A stretch of 64,000 bases of DNA. It comes from Tubulanus polymorphus. Lineage: Eukaryota; Animalia; Nemertea. How positions within the stretch are numbered: the stretch's first letter is position 1; every line of letters begins with the position of its first letter. Location of the stretch: positions 2,046,001 through 2,110,000 of the forward strand of contig NC_134036.1 of NCBI RefSeq assembly GCF_964204645.1. Direction: 5' to 3'. Under the pieces are notes generated by a model. The model was not told the origin of the DNA, did not search any database, and worked only from the letters and a program-made list of their open reading frames with translations. The translations under genes were made by a program, and so were the position numbers. Positions 37,047 to 51,790 of this stretch are shown here, one piece after another.

Positions 37047-39239
37047 CTGAAAAATAGGAAATAATAAAAAAAATCGATTATTTATTTAATCGCCAACTTT
37101 TTTTTAGACTGAAAATTAAGATTCGAAATTTTTTTTAAAAATTGCGGAAAATTTGTAAAATCCCTCCTGTTGCGACTAAATTCACCGAAGTTTTTTTTAC
37201 GTCTCAAACTATTTGCTATTTCGGTAAAGACTCGAAAGGTATTCGCACGATTTACCGATGATTCGACAAAATACTGAAAATTGTTGAATGAAGAAGTTCT
37301 TCTTCTTTTTTTTCTCCATAACAGAAAAAAAACCTCAACAACTCATCCTGCGAGGTGTCGGGAATTAAAAGAAATACCAGCAGGTAGATAATTGAATTTC
37401 CCCCTCCCCGACCCTCCTCGCAAACGAAGTAAGGAGCGAAAAAAAGAAATCGCACGACTCACGTGACCGTGATGAACTAGTTTTTTCAGCGGAAGTGGGA
37501 GGTCGTATTATTAGCGATAAACTAATAAATAAATCCGCGGTGCGGTCAACAGGCTCGACCGCATCACGTTTGTGAACACTGGCGCACTGATTCGATTTTC
37601 TAACGATAAATCTAATTAGCATATAGTCGACATTGTTAGCGTCTCGATCACGTGTTCGCTCTGGTTATTAATTAGTTCCAAGCGAGAATCTTAGCCCGTG
37701 ACTATGCAAACGGCTCCAAGAGTCATTTTAGAAAAGATGTCCGCCTCCACGAAATACCCTATGACATCATCAAATTGATGTGGGGATATAGATACTTCTA
37801 GAAAAGATGCCTGCCTCCAAAAATCACCCTATGATATCATAGACAAGATATCTATAATCCCCATATGACCTCATCAAATATTGATATAGAAAGGCGCTTT
37901 CGGAAAAGCCTCAATAAGTCCTACAGAGACATCAATTTTTGTGGTAACACATATAGCCACTTCAAAGAAAGATAGCTACGTCCATAAATCCCCCAATGAC
38001 GTCATCGCGGTATTTTTACGGAGTCAGCCAGGTGTCCATACCCTTTTTATACTTAAAAGGTCCAAATATCTCCACGTATAGTACTGTTGCAGCATATACA
38101 AGATTGAATACGAACAGACGAACCTTTTACGTTGGCATTTATTGTCCTAATTGGGCGGCGCATACGATAGCTATTAACCTCACTCTTTAGCAGACATAGT
38201 GAATCGAGAGAATGGGAGAGGGTAGAGAAAGGAGTTGGAGACACGGACGTTTATTCCTACCTAATTCGATATATGGTTGCGATCAATGAAGGATACATGA
38301 TTTGATTACGTGGACTTTATTAACACGATCTATGTGAGCGATAGAGTGAGTGAGCGAGGGTCTGATGTAATCAGAAATCCACGACCAGCTACTTCGGCTT
38401 CTTAATTCACGGCTTATCGTAAAGGGGTATGTGAGGGCATAAGGGAGGTGTGAGGGGTGTCAGTGTCTGTAAAGGGTATGTGAGGGCATGTAAGGGGAAA
38501 CCCATGGGATGCAGGATGTGGGGGAGGGGGTAAGATGGGGATGAAAGGGTCTGTTAGAGGTGTCAGTGTCTGTTTGTGGTGTCAGGATATTTGAGGGGAT
38601 GTGTCTGTCAGGCTGTCAGTCGATTTGAAGGGCGAAGAAGGGTCTCGGGAAATAGCTCTGAGAATTACAATTAAATGTCCTGCAGCGCACTATTCTGGAC
38701 AGATTCGATTGTCCGCAGTCGTGCCCGGAATTTCTGGTGGTTTATGCTAAACCCATTTTCCCGAATGACTACCTCTGAGTGGAAAAAGAAAAGGTTGTAT
38801 TTCTCTTTCAGAGCAGCCTGTAACCTGCAACCCCTGGGCCTGTAACCCGCATCCCCTCAGCCTAACCCGCTTCCTAATTCGACTCTTAATCACACTATTC
38901 CTCCAAATCGAACTACAAACACCAGACATTTCATCTGCTCTCACCTTCCAAAAACAGATCGTCAACACTTCAAACTACAAAGTGAATATCTGTTAAGTGT
39001 TTATGAGGGCTTCACACACAAAGTCTGAAGAGGGCGAAGAAGGCTTTGATTGTCATATTCTTAAGAAACTTTCGAAAAAAGATCTCGACACTTTTTTTCT
39101 GTCCGCCCGCGAGGAATTGAGGCAAATTTCGCGGCCGATAAATCACTGGATACCAGACGAGAATTACAGCGCGTGACATCACGCGAACCGATGCGTTAAA
39201 CAATCGCAAAAAACCCGCCAGCGAAACAACCACCGCGGT

Positions 39240-39289
<50 letters not shown>

Positions 39290-39480
39290 CAGCAGCAGCA
39301 GCATCACTACTATTACCATAAGCAGCAACAGCAACAGCATCACCGCCACCATCAGCAGCAACAGCATCATCACTACCATCAGCAGCAGTAGCCGCAACAT
39401 CACTACCACCATCAGCAGCAGCCGCATCAGCAGTGTCTGCACCAGCAGCAACAGCAACAATGCCACTGCATCAACAGCAA
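39240..39480. repeat. (CAG)n microsatellite with degenerate tail
   Basis: About 20 near-perfect GCA units followed by CAT/CAC/CAA variants. Confidence 0.95.
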
Positions 39481-40555
39481 AAAGACGCCTAATAAGATTG
39501 AAGAGAGTCTGAACGCTGACGATAAGTGTGTCGTGCCGATAAACTGTATATACACCCCGCAGCGCGGGAGACAGAGAGCGGGAGAGAGATACTTAATACC
39601 GTTTATTATAGCTTAACTCAATCTGCCGGAAAAATGGACGCCCTTTAGAATGCCATGGTATCGATGCGATGATAGAGTGAGTGAGTGAGGCGCTAGTGAT
39701 ATAGTTTTGCCCTTTCGAAGCGCTAAGAACCTTCGATAAACGATGGTCGATTTTACGAGTCAATAAATTCTTGTTTTATATTAGGATATCCTGAAGAGAT
39801 GGCCGCTTTTATGAATCCTCCATGGACATCACCGAATTGATGTGAGGATATAGACTAAAAAATGGCCGCCTCATATCATTAAGTCGATTTGAAGATATGG
39901 AAACTTCTAGAAAAGATGGCTATTTCCATAAAATCCACAAAATATCACCAAAGTAATGTGATGATAAATGTGATAGAAAAAATGGCTACCTCGATAAATC
40001 CCCTTATGACGTCAAATAGCATTTCGAATCTATAATACGGCTATGCTTATTATTAAATCATTTGCGAGAAACGCTAATCATAGGACGGTTCACTGGACTA
40101 GGAACGGAACTTTTTCGAGTCCAGAAAAAGTTTAGGTTCCGAATCAACGATCAAAGATTCGGTAACTGGTCGAACCGTTTTATTGCCGCCTCTGACGCGA
40201 AACGGTTTAAAATCTTCGACCATAAATTCACCCGATTAGTTTTAACGGTCGCGCGTTAAGCGGTTTAATGGAGTTTAATGACGCGTGACCCGCACCGCGT
40301 TTAAGTCGTCAGAAACTTGTAATTAAACCGTTTACGAGATTTAATCGCCTTCGAAATGAGTTTCTAAGGCTAAAATGAATCGATACCTTGTTTCTGATTC
40401 AGCTAGTAGAACACAGTCACAATTCGGTCGCATGTAAAACTCGGGTAAAGTTCTTGTAAGGACTCACTCATACAGATTGATACCTTGTCTCTCATTTCAG
40501 CTTAGTTTAAAAGTTGACCTAGCCAGCCGCCGATTTACCTTGTACATTACTTATA

Positions 40556-41000
40556 GAAAATCACGATCAAGCTGACAATAGCAGGCCCGGCAGTTATAGA
40601 AATTAACTGATTACTAATTTTATTGCAGTTTACAAAAATGACCCCAACAATTAGGACAAACCAGGTATCATTCATTCTATTCCAGCCCTCTTGGATTCTC
40701 GCTAATACCTTTCTTTAAAATCATGATCAAGCTAACAATAACAAATCCGTCAGTTATAGAAATGAACCGATTATAAATTTTATTGCAGTTTACAAAAGTG
40801 ACCCCTAGGAGAAAGAAACCAGGTATCATTCATTCGATTCCAGCCTTCTTCTTGGCTTCATGGATTCTCGCTAACTTTCTTTAAAATCATGATCAAGCTC
40901 ACAATAACAGACCCGGCAGTTATAGAAATGATCTGTGATCACGAATTTAATCGCAGTTTACGAAAGTGACCCCCAAGGAGAAACAAGGTATCATTTTGTT
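40556..41000. repeat. ~160-166-bp tandem repeat x~3
   Basis: AAATCA[C/T]GATCAAGCT.ACAATA at ~40558, 40718 and 40884. Confidence 0.85.
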
Positions 41001-43675
41001 CTGGCCTTACGGTAGAAATTTGAATTTCATCGGTTTACGAGTTCGTCCCTTATTGGAAGCTGTAAAATAGCTTGCAACAATTCGCTGTATATAAACCTCT
41101 CGGCTTACACCGACCTTAACATCTAGAATAACTCGCAGATTTGTAAAAGCGAAAAAAACGTACATTTCGAAATATCGAAAAAATAAGAGATCTCAAAAAA
41201 TCGATTAAATTGAGATTCATCATAGTTTTGACAGGCTAGTTTAACGGATGGTGAACAGAGCTCTCATATCGTCTGCTTCTAAGAGAACGTGCGTGCGCGG
41301 CTTCTATCAACATTTTAGATTAACTTCTACCAGGTTCCACCAGACGAACCCCCTTAGTCCGTACTAATCTGGTCTTTTTCTAACATCAACACAATATATA
41401 TGCCTCCCGATATCCGACCATGTTCAGTTGGTAGGCATGAAAACATATTGTTAAACTTTCAAATCATGGAGTCTCTCATGAACCCCTTTCAATAAAGACT
41501 TTTTGGATATCCTTCAATACAGTTTCAAATGGATTAAAAAACGATGATTTAGGTCGACTGCCTGTCCTTTCTGGTCCTATTAAGACCTTTATTAGGTATG
41601 TACTACCAAAAATGAGCGAGCTAGGCCACATGGAATGCTCTCAAGTCAGGTTGAAATAGACATTTGTAATACAGACAATTTCATAAAAGATGGCTCCCTC
41701 CATAAATACCCATATGACGTCATCAAATCGATTTGGTAGATACTTACAGAAAAGATGGCTTCCACTACCCTATGACGTCGTCAAAGATGGATATGGCAAA
41801 TTATTTCAGAAAAGATGGCTACCTCAATAAATCCCCTATGACGTCATCAAAACGATATGGTGGAAACTTAAAAAAAAAAGATGGCCTCCGTCTATAAAAC
41901 CCCTTATAAACCTCCTTAAATGTCTGCTTCCATCTCGCTTGACACACGCCCCTCTCTCCCCCTTGTCTCCCCATCTACTCTCGACCCCTTCCTCGCGTCC
42001 CCTCTCTCTCTCTCGTCCCTCGCAAACCTACCAAACAAACTTCGGAGGTAATCGATTTCCGATCGATAGCCAGTCTGATCGGTATCTAAGTCACTGTAAG
42101 TATAAACGTGATTAATCACTGATCGATTCATTGTCACGTGTTCAGCATGATTTCGTTGTTTTTTTTTCTCACTGTCTCTCATCGCACGCGTATACTTGAA
42201 GCATTATTCTAATCGATCGATATCGCCGAGCTCCGGTATCCTATACGTACAACACACACACACACACACACGCCACTACGAGGCGGTAAATTGCTCAATT
42301 TGCGGTGGATTTAGATTCGGTATTGGGTAGGGTTATTACCGACGCGACAGTGACGACTGTTTAGTGGATCCATGCACGTTTCGTTAACACATACCTGATC
42401 AGTATCCGCGTCTAATCCACAATAAAATTACTTTAACAACTGGGATAGTTTTTTTTTTCTGGATAGTTTTTTAGTGGATAGTTTTTTCTTGGTTGGTTTT
42501 GTTTTTCTAAATGAATACAGTGAATCACAAATTTGTAAAGTCTTATTTTTCATAATGAATAAACGTCTTTGCGTCATGGCGAATAAAACTAAGTTTGTAA
42601 GTTGAGAAATTCAGTCTTGTCAGTTGCAACAAATCTATTTTTTGCAGCGATCGCATTACTCTCATCGAAGGTCACAGGAGCCCGACATGCAGCACCTTGC
42701 AGGAGCCCAACAGGTATGCAGCACTTCTTGGGAGCCCGACATGTATGCAGCACCTAGCGGGGCCGGGTGAGCGAGAAACTTTGCATCAAGTGTGTGTGGG
42801 GTCATGCAAACGTTTTCAAAAAAGGATGGCCGCCTTCATAAATCGCCTTATGACATCATCGAAATGATGCGGTGATGAAGAAACTTCTAGAAAAGGTGTA
42901 AACCGAGGTCAAACAAGTGGAAAAAGTTTTGAAAAAAAAGATCGAGAAGTTATTTTGCAATTGGCGATCAGGTCAGGCGACTGGATCAGGATTACCCTGT
43001 GATGGCGAGAGGTCAAGCGTTACCGAGATAACGGGACAATAACCGTTAGAAATCACCCCCCCCCGCAGCGAATCTGATCACCAATAGAAACAATCATATT
43101 ATTGTACCAGGAAATTGATAACCGACAAACCGAAACAGTGATTTCCGGTTATAAATTCGAGACGCTCGTTTAACGACCATAAATATACCGGGCGATAAGA
43201 TTGTGGTCGTATCGTCTGCTCAAAGTGGTAATAACGGAGATGATAATGTGTGTAATAAGAATCATTATACTATCTTTCACTTACGCTAGGCGCAGCGGTA
43301 CAAAAAATCAATTATCGTCGTTTCGGCTCGACAAAAATCGTCGATTCCGGTTTTTAGACGCGATCGTGTTCGTAACGAACGAAAACCGAAACGCGAAACG
43401 ACGAGAATGAGAATTTAATTTGAATTCGAAACAAATATGGGAGAAAGGATCTCTGGCGAAAGAGACAAATAAATTAAGGATCTCTTCTTTCTTCGTCTAG
43501 TGTTGACCCAGGAAGGGTAAACCGGTATCTACTCATACTGCCGTTAAATAACAGTTTCGTTCGATCGAATTTTCATTAAATGTTATTTACGCTTTGCTAC
43601 AAATCGCGTCATAAGCTACAATTTCATTAGTTGCCTCGCTTTCAGCAATCGCTTCTTTAGTTTTTAGATCACAAC

Positions 43676-44285
43676 TACAATGAGCTTAGACTGGTCTTAA
43701 GTTGTTAAATGCGTTATAGAACCAAAATGAGCTTAGACTGGTCTTAAGTTGTTAGATTGGTTATAGAACCAAAATGAGCTTAGACTGGTCATAAGTTGTT
43801 AGATTGGTAATAGAACCAAAATGATCTTAGACTGGTCTTAAGTTGTTAGATTGGTTATAGAACCAAAATGAGCTTAGACTGGTCATAAGTTGTTAGATTG
43901 GTAATAGAACCAAAATGAGCTTAGACTGGTCTTAAGTTGTTAGATTGGCTATAGAACCAAAATGAGCTTAGACTGGTCTTAAGTTGTTAGATTGGCTATA
44001 GAACCAAAATGAGCTTAGACTGGTCTTGTAAAGTTGTTAGATTGGTAATAGAACCAAAATGAGCTTAGACTGGTCTTAAGTTGTTAGATTGGATATAGAA
44101 CTGAAATGAGCTTAGACTGGTCTTAAGTTGTCAGATTGGTTATAAAGCCACAATGAGCTTAGACTGGCCTTAAGTTTTTAGATTGGTTATAGAACTGAAA
44201 CGAGCTTAGACTGGTCTTAATTTGTTAGTTTGGGTATAAGAACCAAATGAGCTTAGACAGGTCTTAAGTTGTTAGTTTGGCTATA
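43676..44285. repeat. 47-bp satellite, ~13 units
   Basis: GAACCAAAATGAGCTTAGACTGGTCTTAAGTTGTTAGATTGGTTATA period. Confidence 0.96.
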
Positions 44286-45556
44286 CTAATAAGCCTCTTA
44301 TAGTGGTACTTCCATCCTGAAAACGGTGCCTGGAGTCTGTGATATTCAAATATCATCATTCCCTTACAACAATCGTCGTCAAAGCAACAGCCACAGAAAA
44401 AACTAATTTCATACCACATTCGACACGAGTCATTCGATACACGTGCTTTAGATTCTCGTTATTAGTTTTTGTCAGGTTTTTTTTTTCTCCAGCTTTTTGC
44501 CGAGGTTTATAGAAACCACGACCGACAGGAGTGTCGGGTGTCGGGTGCCCTAGTCTGCCTACGATCAAGAAGAGATTGGGAGAAAATATAATTCCTTTTG
44601 ATTATTCATTTATCATCTAGATTACGGATTATATGGATGAATGTATTTTCGATGTATGCGCAGTTCCTCTCTGAGATTCTCATATTACCGGTGATATCAT
44701 TTTGATATTTCGTCCGACAACGATTCGTGAATAATTTATCCCCGCGAAAGACGAATAGAAATTTGAGATTCGAGATTTTACTGTCGATCTGTATAATCAC
44801 GATCCTTGGTTAATCCCACGGGACTCGAACCGCCAGCACTGTTTCACGCTTAGCTCTCAGACTTCCGGAGGAAAACCCATAAAAATGTGCATTCTCTGAT
44901 AGCCGTTGAAGAAGATCCTTTTATATGACATCAAAACATTGATGAGGCAAAAGATATCTCTAGAAAATATCGTTATCATAGACACAGACAAATAAGAGGT
45001 AAACTACCTTCATGAATCACCCTATGACGTCATCGGGGGATTCATGATACACGACATATTGATTTGGCAAAGGATATTCCCAGAAATATAGGTTTCATAG
45101 ACGCAGACAATATGTGGTAAATTGCTTTCATGATTCCCCCTATGACGTCACCAACTGATGATCCTCGCGGTGGAATTGGTAGAAAATAGAAACTTTGTAT
45201 TTGTTTTTGGTGGTACCTTACAAACACGTATCGAGTTTGTGGTTTCTCCGTCATAAGGAAGTAAACATCAACGCTTAGTTTCACGAAGGTTTAAAACAAT
45301 TAGCTCATCGCCATTTCTTTCTTCAAACCACGCTCCCTTTACTTCCGTTTTTTCTTGTCTTCCCCCAGAGGGCAGCACATCCTAGCCAAAATTGTTGCCA
45401 ACAGAGTTTGAAGAAGGCAATGAAACCAATATCGCTGAGTCGGATAAAGTGCAGCGCGTGATCTTCTCGCGGTGGAATCTTTAATGATCCATAGGACGTA
45501 ATTGTGATCGATTGGTCGCTGACGATTCCCGCTGAATTCCCTTATTCCCTGATCGA

Positions 45557-45760
45557 GAGCAGACGAGAGAGAGAGAGGGAGATATAGCAGACGAGAGGGA
45601 GGTATAGCAGACGAGAGAGAGGGAGGTATAGCAGACGAGAGAGAGGTATAGTAGACGAGAGAGAGAGGGAGGTATAGCAGACGAGAGAGAGGTATAGCAG
45701 ACGAGAGAGAGGGAGGTATAACAGACGAGAGAGGTGGGAGACGAGAGGGAGGTAGCAGAA
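45557..45760. repeat. ~20-26-bp purine-rich minisatellite
   Basis: GGTATAGCAGACGAGAGA(GA)GGGA units. Confidence 0.9.
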
Positions 45761-48700
45761 GTATGGAGGTAACAGACGTGCGCAGACGAACTAGACTGAG
45801 AATAGAATCGGCGAAAAAGTCGACGGATTATTATCGTTACGCAGTCGCCGTCTGCTGTTAGCAGTCCGTTTGTAAAAATAATTGTCCAATTATACGTCTG
45901 ATGATGATGATATAACAGACCAGGTTAATGACGCCGAAACTCTCCGTAAAGGGATCTCGGTCGTCTGCCAACCTTCTTGGCATTCATAACAAAATACCAT
46001 AGCAACTTGGAAATGTTAGCAGAAGCAAAGCAAAGAACGGATCCACGTATAAATTTACATTTCGTAAAATGGCTGCCCCCATGAATCCCCCAATGACGTC
46101 ACTATTAGTTGATGCTATAAAGCCACTGCATGGAAATATGGTCGCCTTCATGAATCCTCCAATGACATCATCAAATTGATGATAGTAAATGATGGCTATT
46201 TACAAAAATTCCGATATGACTCCATGTAAAATATGTTGTGCATAAACAATAGCGAAATGAGTACATCTCTAGATCACCCTATGACGTCATCGAATTACGT
46301 GCACTTTATTGTTTAGCAGAAGTTGGCGAAGTTACGTAAATTGATGATAACGGGAGGAATCACGTCGTTTGTCGAGGAGAATTTTACACTTGTCACTCGG
46401 CGACAATTTCTCTAAATGATCTAAATTAGTTTAGCATTGTAAAAACGTCGATAATTTCTGACGATGACACAACAGCATCAGCAGCATCAGCGGCAGACGA
46501 TATTATCTACACCGCAACGGCGCCATTATCTTAATCTCGTTACAACAGACGTCGAGTCTTCGAAACTTCTTCCGCTAAAATGTCTTCACCTCTCCCGACG
46601 ACGGTGTTAATTCTCGGAGCTGCCACCGGCAGGCGAGTAGCTTTTAGATTTTAAAACTTTTAAAACGTCGTCTGCGTCGAGTAGGACGGTAAGTGTCGGT
46701 TTTAGTTTAATCCTATTAAACAGTTTGAAACTCCGAGCAGACGATACCGCGGATTAAATCTTACTCCCACTCTTCCTCCCTACGCTGGCGTAAAGTATTC
46801 TACTCCTAAAGAGTGACTATCTAATCTTATTCCTCCTTAAACGTAGTTACGACTTGGGGGAGATGAGAGCAACAATATCATCTCCTTAGTGATAATACCA
46901 CGACCGTTATAAGTAACGATAGCGATGAGATTTTGAATCGGGTTCAACGCGTGAAATGCTTTTAAGATTACCAAAGGCTTCACTGACGGTGTTAATGAAT
47001 CAAGCAGTAGGCAAAGGAAGGGGGTATCTAACTGGTAACAGGTTGAGATATGAAGATGAAGAGCTCTAATCGAAAGCTTTTAGGCGTAACACGTCGTCAT
47101 TTCAACCAGCCCTGGAAGTGGTAGTATCCACAGTGATCTCCGTCGCACTTCCAGATCCTATAGTTCACCAAACTTGTGGTACACCAGGCGCAAACGTTCT
47201 TGGCGAAGTCGCGCTCGAAATACAACAGTACACGTTACCTCACAATAAGAAGGACTCCATCAGTAAAAATGGTTGTATCCAAAGTGATATCCGTCATTCT
47301 CCGATCCTATAGTTTACCCAACTTTGCTACATCAGACACTAACGTCCTTGGCAAAGTCGCGCTCGACACAATAGTAGCACAAGTACAATAGTACACGTAA
47401 CCTCTCAGTAAGGAGGACTCCATGGATGTCGATATCAATAAAAAGCGATATTAACATTCGATGAAGAGGGTTAACTGGTTGAAACAGTGACACGGAGGGG
47501 ATTGGCGGAGAGCTCTCGTCGGAGGCTTTTAGGCAAAATTGGCTGTTAACATAGTGTGCCAGACGCCACACTAAAACACAGTATCAAAAGTACAAAAGAA
47601 GTCGCGAAAATAACCCCATGAATATCAATGTCAATTACAAGTTTGTTTACTCTATAAATCCGCCAATGACGTGTAGTTATAGATACTATCAAATTCTCAA
47701 CAACTCCATGAACTCGTTAAGACAACATAACATTAACACGTGGTATCATAGACTTTTCCAGAAAAAAAAAGGATTGAATGTCAATATCGATAAAATCCAA
47801 CTTGACATTCATCAACAGGTGGTGTTGTAATGATGGCTGCCATTATAATCACCCAATGACGTCACGATACTTTAAAACATGAATCACCTGAGATCTGGTA
47901 TTATAGGCACTTCCAGAAAAATGGCATCCTTCATGACATCATAAAATGGCCGCTTCCTTAGGTCACTTTCTGAAATGACTTTTTACAGAACAATCACTGA
48001 TTCAGTTTTAGTGTCGCCGATAAATCAAGTCTCAAGTAAGTAATTGATGACGTCATAGGGGGCGTTTTATGGACGAAGACACTTTAGAGAGAAGTGATGC
48101 TTAGCCGAAGGAGTGTGTAGATCAAGTATCAGCCATTCTAACGGAAAAAATCCCATTCCAAACGCCCACACAGACAGACACAAAGTTGTGGACAACGGAT
48201 GAAAACATTGTTGAATATTTGAATTGCATCGCGTGATTCGTAAAGGGTTAATACGTCGGTTATTGTCTGTTCGATATTAACGGAACCAGCAAAGATACGT
48301 TAACAGTCGTAAATCACGCGAACCAAAAAATGTCGTCTCTGTTTGGTAAATATTACGAGTTTGCACGATTTGTTTGTGTGTCTGTTCTGTAGTACGTCGA
48401 GACGGCCGTCGTTTGACAGTTGTGAAATTGGTCTGTCCTCTCTCGAGTAAACACGTAAATGAGCCGCCGCGGAGTTATTCGGTATCGTGTCGAGCAGTTT
48501 GAAGTTATATTCCGATTGAGTAGTAGGGTATCGTGTTAGGCAGACTATTGTACGCAAATGAAGCATACTTGTTTCGGTTGCGCTAGTGGTATTTGCTAAT
48601 GGCGTACTAGAACGCTCTTCAGAGGTCGTTGAACCAACCGTGACATCCATTATCCTACATTCCAACTCACTCTTCACGTACTCTATAGATGGCGCACTAC

Positions 48701-49496
48701 TAGAATTCTCTAATGGCGTACTTGACCTCTCGTAAAGAGGACATCTTACCCCCAATGGCTCCTAGCATCTTATCCCACCTCACTCTCTCAATCTCTATAG
48801 ACCTCACATTAACCTTTGCCACGCTACAAGAATTCGCTAATGGCGTACTAGACCTCTTAACTAAGGGGATATCTTACCCCGAAGGTCTAACCCTAACATC
48901 CCATATCCCACCTCTCTCCCTCGACAGTCCTCGTCCCACACTCGCTCGTTTTCGCTTCGCTCTGGACAAACGGCGTTCTTATCAGAATCTCAAGGGTCGG
49001 ACGTAAATGTGTCAGCGAAAATGAATAATTAACTAATGGTGTCGATTGAGCATAAACAAAGATAACACGAAACGGACATTCGGGAGCAGACGATTTCCAC
49101 AAACACCAGGAAATCTACTGAACACGTGACGTGTGTGGGTTGATGGTTGGTAAAGGGTTAATCCCAGCGGAGAAAAAACACAATAAATCATGTTTACGGA
49201 ACTAACTACACTATTCGTCCCGTGCGACGTCTTAAAACTGCGTTCAGCTAATCCGTTACCTAATAAACTCGTTCGCCTCGCCGTCCCTAGGGGGCGATAG
49301 TAGGTGATTCAATAGCGACGCTATTGGCGGTGATAAAACGGTCCCCCGGGGACCGACTCGGCAGGTCATATTTTATTTAGCTCCACTCTCAGGAGGTGCC
49401 ATCTCTTCATGGGATCAACCAATAACTGTGAAGGATTTATCAATCTGACTGCGACCTTACATTTCCGTAACTACCTTGACACACATCATTTCAGTG

Positions 49497-50810
49497 TCAA
49501 GTTCGGACGATCAGTTTTTGAAAGTGTGCTGATAAAATGTCTAATATCTGGTGTTTGTAGTTCATTTTCAATTAGAAATGTCTCAGGTGAAGCACTGAAC
49601 ACATGTGAAGTGTGGACGATCAGTTTTTGAAAGTGTGCTGATAAAATGCCTAATATCTGGTGTTTGTAGTTCATTTTCAATTAGAAATGTCTCAGGTGAA
49701 GCACTGGACACATGTGAAGTGTGGACGATCAGTTTTTTAAAGTGAGCTGTTAAAATGTCTAATGTCTGGTGTTTGTAGTTCATTTCCAATTAGAAATGTC
49801 TCAGGTGAAGCACTGAACACATGTGAAGTGTGGACGATCAGTTTTTGAAAGTGTGCTGATAAAATGTCTAATATCTGGTGTTTGTAGTTCATTTTCAATT
49901 AGAAATGTCTCAGGTGAAGCACTGAACACATGTGAAGTGTGGACGATCAGTTTTTAAAAGTGTGCTGATAAAATGCCTAATATCTGGTGTTTGTAGTTCA
50001 TTTTCAATTAGAAATGTCTCAGGTGAAGCACTGAACACACGTGAAGTGTGGACGATCAGTTTTTAAAAGTGTGCTGATAAAATGTCTAATATCTGGTGTT
50101 TGTAGTTCATTTTCAATTAGAAATGTCTCAGGTGAAGCACTGAACACATGTGAAGTGTGGACGATCAGTTTTTAAAAGTGTGCTGATAAAATGTCTAATA
50201 TCTGGTGTTTGTAGTTCATTTTCAATTAGAAATGTCCCAGGTGAAGCACTGAACATCAGTTTCTGAAAGTGTGCTGATAAAATGTCTAATGTCTGGTGTT
50301 TGTAGTTCATTTCCAATTAGAAATGTCTCAGGTGAAGCACTGAACACATGTGAAGTGTGGACGATCAGTTTTTGAAAGTGTGCTGATAAAATGTCTAATA
50401 TCTGGTGTTTGTAGTTCATTTTCAATTAGAAATGTCTCAGGTGAAGCACTGAACACATGTGAAGTGTGGACGATCAGTTTTTAAAAGTGTGCTGATAAAA
50501 TGCCTAATATCTGGTGTTTGTAGTTCATTTTCAATTAGAAATGTCTCAGGTGAAGCACTGAACACACGTGAAGTGTGGACGATCAGTTTTTAAAAGTGTG
50601 CTGATAAAATGTCTAATATCTGGTGTTTGTAGTTCATTTTCAATTAGAAATGTCTCAGGTGAAGCACTGAACACATGTGAAGTGTGGACGATCAGCTTTT
50701 GAAAGTGTGCTGATAAAATGTCTAATATCTGGTGTTTGTAGTTCATTTTCAATTAGAAATGTCCCAGGTGAAGCACTGAACATCAGTTTCTGAAAGTGTG
50801 CTGATAAAAA
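49497..50810. repeat. 109-bp satellite, ~12 units, with a duplicated 527-bp 5-mer
   Basis: Period 109; an 18-bp-deleted GTCCCAG variant occurs at ~50235 and ~50762. Confidence 0.96.
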
Positions 50811-51214
50811 ACTTCCAAATATCACCTTCGACTGGTACAACGACTCTCCAAAGATGAGATATTTGAGGAGGTAGTGGATCCATGTTTCGATGAATAAGGA
50901 CGGCTCCTACTTTTTCGCACGTTGCAAATTCCGTTCACGTTCGTGTGGCTAACAATTAATCAGCGACAGATTTCAAATCTCCCATCAGGTTAAATAACGA
51001 CGAATCGACGAGATAGCTCCCGATATCTCGATATGTATCTCGACGGGGATATTTCTCTATCTCGACGGGAATCTCGTTGTGCTCGGAATACCCCGCGAAC
51101 ACATCGCCAGCAATAAAACTTTTTTATTGCTTACTACAAACACTGATTCCTCGCTTGCCGATGGGAGTTTTATATGGATGAGATTTGATGTCGGATTTAC
51201 TTCGTATTGGCTCA

Positions 51215-51790
51215 TGAATTTACAACTGTGGAACTAACTCCAGAGTAAATTAAATCCATACAACAGTGAAACTGGGTTCGGAGTCAAATTAAATCCATAC
51301 AACTGTGGAACTGGGTCCAGAGGTAAATTAACCCCACAAAACTGTGGAACTTGGTCCAGAGTCAAATCAAACCAACTCAACTGTGGAACTGGGTTCAGAA
51401 TAAAATTAAAACCACACAACTGTGGAACTGAATCCAGAGACAAATCAAACCCACGCTTGCTGTGGAACTGGGTCCAGGGTCTAATTAAACCCATACAACT
51501 GTGGGACTAGATTCATAGACAAATCAAACCCACGCTTGCTGTGGAACTGGATCAAGAGTTAAATTAAAACCACACAACTGTGGAACTGGATCAAGAGTTA
51601 AATTAAATCCACTCAACTGTGGAACTGGGTCCAGAGTCTAATTAAACCCATACAACTGCGGAACTGGATCCAGAGACAAATCAAACCCACGCTTGCTGTG
51701 GAACTGGATCAAGAGTTAAATTAAATCCACTCAACTGTGGAACTGGATTCAGAGTCAAATTAAACCCACACAACTGTAGGACTGAGTCCG
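51215..51790. repeat. 39-bp minisatellite, same family as 22015-22440
   Basis: AAACCCA.ACAACTGTGGAACTGG.TC.AGAGT.AAATT units. Confidence 0.93.

Noticed and set aside
39179-39466. Poly-Leu membrane protein or poly-Gln exon
   Set aside because: A (CAG)n microsatellite with no convincing splice sites or surrounding coding context.
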